DNA from: a virus
Taxonomy: Duplodnaviria; Heunggongvirae; Uroviricota; Caudoviricetes
Length of the DNA stretch: 11,732 nt
Direction: 5' to 3' (one strand)
Virus record (IMG/VR): IMGVR_UViG_2534682139_000022
Location: 1 to 11,732 of that record
Below, in pieces: positions 6,206 to 11,732 of this stretch (its first letter is position 1; each line of letters starts with the position of its first letter). The notes beneath the pieces are model-generated. The model did not search any database. It saw only the letters and a list, made by a program, of their open reading frames with translations, and was not told the DNA's origin. The translations under genes and the position numbers were made by a program.

Positions 6206-8999
6206 TATCCGGGTCGCTTTCAGCGCCGTTGACAGGCTGACCCGGCCTGCCGAAAACGCCCGCCGCCTGATGGGGCAGTTTGGTGACTCCATCCAGCGAA
6301 CGCAGGGGGCGATTAAAAATCTCGAGCGTCAGGCGCGTTCATTTGAGCGCGCCCGTGACGCTGTCAGTAAAGCGGATGCTGGCATCGTGAAAGCACGACG
6401 CCAGCTTAACGCCCTTAATCAGTTACAACGTACGGGTACAGTGCTCAGCGAAAAACAACAAAAGCTGATGCAGCAGTTAAGCACCCGGCTTGAACGCCTG
6501 AATGAATCGCGCACACGGGAAATTCAAAAAATGCGGGAGCTTGGCGGAGAGCTGAAACGCCACGGCATTTCCCTGACAGGCAGCGATAACACCATCCAGC
6601 AGGCCATCAGACGCACCGAACAGTACAACAACCAGCTTGAACGCGAACGGCAGGCGCTTGCGCGTGTAACGCGGGCGCGTGAGCGGTATTCGCGCGCGCA
6701 GGAAACAGCGGGAAAACTGAAAACAGGTGGTGCACTGGCAATTGGTGCGGCAGCGGCGGGCGGCTATGCTGCCGGGCGTTTTTTGCAGCCTGCGATCGGG
6801 TTCGGCAAAGAGATGTCCCGCGTTCAGGCACTGACGCGAATCGACAAAAACAGCCCGCAGTTTAAGGCGCTGCGTGAGCAGGCGTTAAAACTTGGATCTG
6901 AAACACCGTTTACTGCGAGTGATGCCGCCAGTGGGCAGAGCTTTCTGGCAATGGCTGGTTTTACTCCGCAGGCCATTCAGGCCGCATTGCCCGGTGTTCT
7001 TAATATGGCGCTGGCAGGTGGCGTCGAACTCGGCGAGACGGCTGATATAGGCTCCAATATCCTCACACAGTTCAACCTGACAGCCGATCAAATGGACCGG
7101 GTTGGCGATACGCTGACAGCGGCATTCACCCGGACCAATACTGATTTACGCGCGCTGGGCGAAACCATGAAGTATACCGGTCCGGTTGCCGCAAAACTTG
7201 GTATCAGTCTTGAAGAAGCGGCAGCCATGGCCGGGATGCTTGCCAGTAATGGTCTTCGTGGAAGCGATGCTGGTACGGCCATGCGCGCAAGTCTGTCCCG
7301 CCTTGCATCACCGCCAAAAGCTGCGGCTGATGCGCTGAAAGAGCTGGGGGTGTCAGTTGCTGACGCCAGGGGCAAAATGCGCCCGATGGAGGATGTGCTG
7401 CTTGATCTCTATAAGGCGACACAAAAATACGGACAGGTGGACCAGGTTTCCTTCTTCAAGGACATCGCCGGAGAAGAGGCGTTCGTTGGTTTGCAGACGC
7501 TTGTTGCGGCGGCTGGTTCAGGAGAGCTGCAAAAACTGACCAGAGAATTGCAGGGGGCAAGGGGAGAGGTCGATCGCGTCGCAAAAGTAATGGCCGATAA
7601 TCTTGATGGGGACCTGAAAAATCTCGACAGCGCATGGGAAGGTCTTCGTATTCGCATCAGTGATCTGGTTGACGGTCCGCTGCGTTCTGTCACGCAGTGG
7701 CTCACGCGGGTGCTTGAAAAAATCACCTCGCTGGCGCAGGCCCATCCGGTACTGACGCGCCAGCTACTGATAGCAGGCGGTGCGTTGCTGGCAATGACTG
7801 CAACGGTTGGCTCGTTGTCGCTGGTTATTGGTGTGCTTTACGGAAAGCTGGCCACCCTGCGTCTTGGCTTTGACATTCTTACCCGGTCAATGAATGTCGT
7901 CAGGGTGTTGCCTGCGCTGTGGGGAATGCTGACGGGTTCCGTTTCGTTACTGGGAGGCGCTATCGGGGCGCTGTTCAGTCCGGTTGGCCTTATCGTGGCT
8001 GCGCTTGCCGGAGCTGCCGTTCTTATCTGGAAATACTGGGATCCCATCAGGGCATTTTTTGCCGGGGTGTTCAGCGGGATTATGGAAAGGCTGACCCCGT
8101 TGCGCGAAACCTTTGAACGGTTTGGCCCTGTTTTTGACGCAATCGGAAGCGGGATCAGCCAGGTGTTTAACTGGTTTAAATCGCTGCTGTCACCGATGGA
8201 GTCCAGCAAGGAAACGCTGGATAAATGTACCAGTGCTGGCGAGATATTCGGTAACGTTCTTGGCGGTGCGTTACAACTTGTTCTGACACCTGCAAAAATG
8301 CTACTGGATACGCTGGCGTGGATACTTGAAAAGCTTGGCGTGCTTCCGGATGAAGCTGAAAGGGCGCGCAAGAAAATCGAAGACGCACAGCGTGCGGCCA
8401 TTCTTCGGGACAAGGTTGCCTTACTTCAGGGGGACCTGGCGAAAATCAATCCGCCGAAGCCTGTGGAAAATGGCAATGGCACCGGAGGTGATAACCCCAA
8501 AGACAATAAACCGCTCACAGACAGCAATACCGGTACGCTGCGCAGACTCAGCAAAATTGCTGATAACACAGGTAAGCTGGTTGATGAGACGAAAAAACGC
8601 ATTGGCCCTGGCGATATTGTCTTTAAGAACCTGCCCCGCGCACTTGCTGTTCGTGGGGAGTGGCAGGAGCGGAAGATTGCGCAGGTCAGTAAGCCTGCCC
8701 CCGCAATTAATATCACACCCGTAGTCCCGGCTCCGCTGCCTCCGGCGCTGGTCCCTGTTGTTGCGGCCAGCTCCCGCCCGGTGGCGGAGGCCATACGATC
8801 GCCAGTGGCATCAGTTCCTGCAGCTTCCCGTAATCGGGAGCCTGCTGTCTCCAGATTTGGCGGTGAAATTCATGTTCATCTGCATAACGTTGTTACGCAG
8901 AATCCCCGCGAACTGGCGAAACTGGTCGGTGAAATGGTCAGGGCAGAAATGGAACGGCGCGCCCGTGCCGGGCGTGGCAGTTTTTACGATAAAGATTGA
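6183..8999 (+). CDS. P2 gpT-like tail tape measure protein
   Basis: 938-aa ORF between the E/E' and U homologs; coiled-coil-rich N-terminal third, central hydrophobic/Gly-rich segment and Pro-rich C-terminal region typical of tape measure proteins; start may be ATG 6183 or ATG 6192 (the latter has better RBS spacing). Confidence 0.9.
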   Translation: MQIMKTLDIRVAFSAVDRLTRPAENARRLMGQFGDSIQRTQGAIKNLERQARSFERARDAVSKADAGIVKARRQLNALNQLQRTGTVLSEKQQKLMQQLSTRLERLNESRTREIQKMRELGGELKRHGISLTGSDNTIQQAIRRTEQYNNQLERERQALARVTRARERYSRAQETAGKLKTGGALAIGAAAAGGYAAGRFLQPAIGFGKEMSRVQALTRIDKNSPQFKALREQALKLGSETPFTASDAASGQSFLAMAGFTPQAIQAALPGVLNMALAGGVELGETADIGSNILTQFNLTADQMDRVGDTLTAAFTRTNTDLRALGETMKYTGPVAAKLGISLEEAAAMAGMLASNGLRGSDAGTAMRASLSRLASPPKAAADALKELGVSVADARGKMRPMEDVLLDLYKATQKYGQVDQVSFFKDIAGEEAFVGLQTLVAAAGSGELQKLTRELQGARGEVDRVAKVMADNLDGDLKNLDSAWEGLRIRISDLVDGPLRSVTQWLTRVLEKITSLAQAHPVLTRQLLIAGGALLAMTATVGSLSLVIGVLYGKLATLRLGFDILTRSMNVVRVLPALWGMLTGSVSLLGGAIGALFSPVGLIVAALAGAAVLIWKYWDPIRAFFAGVFSGIMERLTPLRETFERFGPVFDAIGSGISQVFNWFKSLLSPMESSKETLDKCTSAGEIFGNVLGGALQLVLTPAKMLLDTLAWILEKLGVLPDEAERARKKIEDAQRAAILRDKVALLQGDLAKINPPKPVENGNGTGGDNPKDNKPLTDSNTGTLRRLSKIADNTGKLVDETKKRIGPGDIVFKNLPRALAVRGEWQERKIAQVSKPAPAINITPVVPAPLPPALVPVVAASSRPVAEAIRSPVASVPAASRNREPAVSRFGGEIHVHLHNVVTQNPRELAKLVGEMVRAEMERRARAGRGSFYDKD

Positions 9000-9005
9000 G
9001 GAGTC

Positions 9006-9347
9006 ATGGCCATGATGATGATCTATGGCATGTTTGTTTTTGAGCTGCGCACGCTGCCGCATCAGCAGTTACAGCAAAACAAAAGCTGGCGGCATGTGAA
9101 AAATGAACGCGTTAACCGTTCAGCAAGCTGGCAGTATATCGGTGCAGGTGATGATCGCATCGTTCTTTCTGGTGTGCTTTATCCTGAAATTACAGGTGGC
9201 GAAGTGTCGCTGTCTCTGCTGACCACGCAGGCGTATACAGGACGACCCTGGCCTTTGATTGATGGCGTCGGGCAGATTTACGGCATGTATGTCCTGACTG
9301 AAACGATACGACCCGCTCCGAGTTTGATCCGTAATAACTTCGTATAG
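9006..9347 (+). CDS. P2 gpU-like tail protein, 3'-truncated (about 111-113 aa versus about 159 aa expected); stop codon lies inside the loxP-like site
   Basis: N-terminus [14 protein letters not shown]...WRH...GDD..SGVL.PEITGG resembles P2 gpU; RBS GAGGAG favours ATG 9012 as the start; the frame ends at TAG 9345-9347 inside the loxP-like sequence; the last roughly 10 codons before that are not recognisably gpU-like. Confidence 0.78.
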   Translation: MAMMMIYGMFVFELRTLPHQQLQQNKSWRHVKNERVNRSASWQYIGAGDDRIVLSGVLYPEITGGEVSLSLLTTQAYTGRPWPLIDGVGQIYGMYVLTETIRPAPSLIRNNFV

Positions 9348-9912
9348 CATACATATATACGAAGTTATACGATACTGTTGTATCACACGATTCACAATAC
9401 CGATATGTCTTCCATGCAGCCAGTAACGATGCCTCTTCTTCCGTCGCAATATCCAAATCTACAGCATCCTGAAGTGGCGCAATATGCTCGCTAGCTACCT
9501 GCATCAGGCTGTTTTTTGTTTCTTCCGCCTCCTGGCTCCGAAACAGTTTTTCTGCTTCTGCATCTTTCACCCAGGATGTACCGTTCCACTTCTGAAACTC
9601 CCCTTCCGGGGATAACCAGGTGACATTTTCCGGTAATGGGCCAAGTTCAGAAATAAATAACGCGTCGCCGGAAGCCACGTCATAGACGGTATAACCCCGA
9701 TGGTCTTCAACGAGATGCCACGATGCCTCATCACTGTTGAAAACGGCCACGAAGCCAGCCGGAATATCTGGCGGGGCAATATCGGTACTGTTTGCAGGCA
9801 GACCTGTATGAGGTGGAATGTATGCATCACCTTCACCAATAAACTCATTGGTTCCGGTCAGTAGATTATAAATTTTTATGGTCCGTGAGTGTTCACTCAT
9901 TCTGAATGTCAT
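9190..9912 (-). CDS. tfa: tail fibre assembly protein (lambda Tfa / P2 gpG family) with aberrant C-terminus; native homology stops near 9400 and the frame then reads through the loxP-like site and antisense gpU
   Basis: N-terminal 166 aa ([59 protein letters not shown]...LLAAWKTYR) closely match lambdoid Tfa; the start overlaps the tail-fibre stop (TAATG); the C-terminal 70-odd residues are not Tfa-like. Confidence 0.8.
   Translation of the reverse strand: MTFRMSEHSRTIKIYNLLTGTNEFIGEGDAYIPPHTGLPANSTDIAPPDIPAGFVAVFNSDEASWHLVEDHRGYTVYDVASGDALFISELGPLPENVTWLSPEGEFQKWNGTSWVKDAEAEKLFRSQEAEETKNSLMQVASEHIAPLQDAVDLDIATEEEASLLAAWKTYRYCESCDTTVSYNFVYMYAIRSYYGSNSERVVSFQSGHTCRKSARRHQSKARVVLYTPAWSAETATLRHL
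9334..9368. other. loxP-like recombination site (ATAACTTCGTATA-GCATACAT-A-TATACGAAGTTAT), 35 bp, canonical loxP plus one extra A
   Basis: Read directly: 13-bp left arm, 8-bp spacer GCATACAT and right arm identical to loxP except for one inserted A at the spacer/arm boundary; no cre gene or P1 sequence context in the window. Confidence 0.85.
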
Positions 9913-11732
9913 TATGCAAGCCTCACAATATAGTTAAATGCGATGTTTTTTACGGTGTTTTCTTCGTTACCCGTAGCGTTAACGGTGATGGTGTGTCCGT
10001 GGGGACCAATAATGACAGAATGGGCATGAGCACCAATGCCGATAGTGTGGTTATGGGCACCGATATATACATTGTGAGCATGCTCGCCTGCGCTCGACGT
10101 GGTACCAGTACCTAACGCAGCGTTATAACCGGCTGATACACCATTCCCCGCGCCAGTGTGACCAACAGGTATATTGTGTGAATGATTTCCAGCGCTATTC
10201 GTAGTTTTTGTGCCGTAATCAAATGAACTGGTCGTTTTAGTACCGTAATCAAACGACGATGTGGTTTTCGTCCCCAAATCCGTACTGGATGCGCTGGCGC
10301 TGTGGGTGTGCGATTTAATGCCGTCCTGTTCCTGAGACAATACGGCACGACCACTGCCGGGCTTGCCCTTAATCGTCCAGCCACGCATATCAGGAATAAC
10401 GCCTGACGGATAAGCGACTGCAAGTTTCGGGTATGCAGATTTGTCAAAAGTCTGCCCCTGCATCAGGGCATAACCAGACGGAACGGTATCTGATGGCCAC
10501 GGAATCGGTGCACCGACTGGATAAAACTCTTCAGGAGGATGAGCCGAGGTGTAAAGCTGCGCCCACGGCGACCAGTTTGCGTCGGGCGTATCCCGTCGTG
10601 AACGAATAAATGCCGGAGCATGAGCACCGCTTATACCACTCCAGCCGATGAGTAATTCGCCTTCGCCAACGGCTGTCATCCCTTTCAGGTGAATGATATT
10701 TCCATACGTTGTTGGATATCCGTTGTTATACGCCTCGTATAACTCCAGACCTGTGGCCCCCTGCATATTATCTGTCAGGGCGGTCAGCCGACCTTTTGAA
10801 GCCAGATTAACTGACGATACTGCTGTCCCATCTGACGGTAACGCCCCGATCTCTGATGCTGTTGGCTTATTCCTGGAGTTATAGTCCCTTCGCCAGCCAG
10901 GAGCATAAGCATCACCATGATTAATATAAGTAAATTGAGCATTAGGGATGCCTTCACCGCTGGATGTACTCGGTGTGGTAATGCGTATGGTCATTGCGCC
11001 GCGGGTGCCAATAACTTCCACAACAGCACCTGCAAGACAAATACTTCCGCAACCTGTATCTGTAATGACCTTATTATTTGCATAAGCCCATGAGCCTTTG
11101 CACATCCAGTAAGGATGGTTAAATGCCCCCTGACTCTCTAGCCAAAAAATCAACTGCGCAGTTGTCCATGCTTCACTATCTCCACCAATATTCAGCTCTG
11201 CACTATATGCACGGCAGGCACCGATATTTTTCGTAAAGGTGTCTTTATCAGAGATATCCTCACCATTCTTAGCTTTCTGCAGACGTTTTTCAGCATTGTC
11301 ATAGGCAGCTTTTACTGCATTTGATGTTGCCGCCAGCGTTTCAGATGTACTGTTGGTTGCACTACTAAGCTGGACAAGGCCTTTTCGCGCTGTTGTGGCA
11401 TCCTGCGCTGTATATTTTCCGTTAGCAAGATCATACGCGACCTTAACCGCTTTCGGCGTTGCAGCCAGCGTTTCAGAATCGCTGTTAGTGGCGCTACTGA
11501 GTTGAACAAAGCCTTTTGCGGTCAGCGAGGCGTCCGGGTGACGTCGTGACTGTTCATGTTCTTTCAGTTTGTCATTCACGTAATCCACTGTGGCCATAAC
11601 CATGGTGTTATCCACGGTAAGCGCCACGGTGGCAGTGCTGGATACGGTCAGAATGGTGCGAAATGTTTGTGCACGTCCGGATCCTTCGGCAACGGCTGGC
11701 TTGTAACTTTCGGCAGTATTGCCCACCGCGAT
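9912..11732 (-). CDS. tail fibre protein, P2 gpH-like N-terminal region with side-tail-fibre-type C-terminal receptor-binding region (5' end outside the window)
   Basis: The frame is open to the window edge; the N-terminal part in window ([13 protein letters not shown]...[37 protein letters not shown] repeated) matches the P2 gpH conserved region; the C-terminus carries HxH motifs ([34 protein letters not shown]) typical of phage tail-fibre tips. Confidence 0.9.
   Translation of the reverse strand: MAVGNTAESYKPAVAEGSGRAQTFRTILTVSSTATVALTVDNTMVMATVDYVNDKLKEHEQSRRHPDASLTAKGFVQLSSATNSDSETLAATPKAVKVAYDLANGKYTAQDATTARKGLVQLSSATNSTSETLAATSNAVKAAYDNAEKRLQKAKNGEDISDKDTFTKNIGACRAYSAELNIGGDSEAWTTAQLIFWLESQGAFNHPYWMCKGSWAYANNKVITDTGCGSICLAGAVVEVIGTRGAMTIRITTPSTSSGEGIPNAQFTYINHGDAYAPGWRRDYNSRNKPTASEIGALPSDGTAVSSVNLASKGRLTALTDNMQGATGLELYEAYNNGYPTTYGNIIHLKGMTAVGEGELLIGWSGISGAHAPAFIRSRRDTPDANWSPWAQLYTSAHPPEEFYPVGAPIPWPSDTVPSGYALMQGQTFDKSAYPKLAVAYPSGVIPDMRGWTIKGKPGSGRAVLSQEQDGIKSHTHSASASSTDLGTKTTSSFDYGTKTTSSFDYGTKTTNSAGNHSHNIPVGHTGAGNGVSAGYNAALGTGTTSSAGEHAHNVYIGAHNHTIGIGAHAHSVIIGPHGHTITVNATGNEENTVKNIAFNYIVRLA
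10204..10293 (-). repeat. three tandem imperfect 30-bp in-frame repeats inside the tail fibre gene (encode [10 protein letters not shown] x2 plus a degenerate third copy)
   Basis: Units at 10204-10233, 10234-10263 and 10264-10293 read directly; about 22/30 identity between units 1 and 2, weaker for unit 3. Confidence 0.6.

Noticed and set aside
6607-8794. Multiple antisense or alternative-frame ORFs inside the tape measure gene (for example 7838-8413 minus 191 aa, 8426-8794 minus 122 aa, 8326-8724 plus 132 aa)
   Set aside because: They overlap the long, coherent gpT frame; their composition is low-complexity (Ser/Ala/Pro/Arg-rich), as expected for out-of-frame translation of GC-rich coding DNA.
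9334-9368. Interpretation of the lox-like site as part of a resident P1-type prophage or plasmid
   Set aside because: The flanking sequence is P2-family tail genes on both sides, with no cre and no P1 sequence in the window.
9120-9848. Minus-strand ORFs 9120-9449 (109 aa) and 9567-9848 (93 aa)
   Set aside because: The first is antisense to gpU and a frame-shifted read of the Tfa 3' region; the second is an alternative frame inside Tfa; neither is an independent gene.
10204-10293. Possibility that the 30-bp tandem repeats are a CRISPR array
   Set aside because: There are only three degenerate units without unique spacers between them; they are in-frame inside the tail fibre gene and encode a repeated peptide; no cas genes are nearby.

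Overview
The window opens on an E. coli-type chromosomal locus (pgsA, then glyW-cysT-leuZ tRNAs and a terminator) and then runs into one end of a P2-family prophage. After leuZ comes about 1.3 kb of AT-rich cargo holding a small secreted Cys-containing protein gene and an unannotated Hok/Gef-like toxin ORF. The prophage genes follow: ogr and gpD on the minus strand, then FI-FII-E/E'-T-U on the plus strand, then Tfa (gpG-like) and a gpH-like tail fibre on the minus strand, the latter running off the window edge. Two things stand out. First, the FI-to-U block is inverted relative to the canonical P2 order H-G-FI-FII-E-T-U-D-ogr. Second, a 35-bp sequence that is loxP plus one extra A sits exactly where truncated gpU meets the disrupted 3' end of Tfa. 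I read this as most consistent with a Cre/lox recombination scar in an engineered or rearranged genome, and the tail module as defective, but I cannot confirm this without comparison to a parent genome. All homology calls are from reading the translations against remembered protein families; no searches were run.
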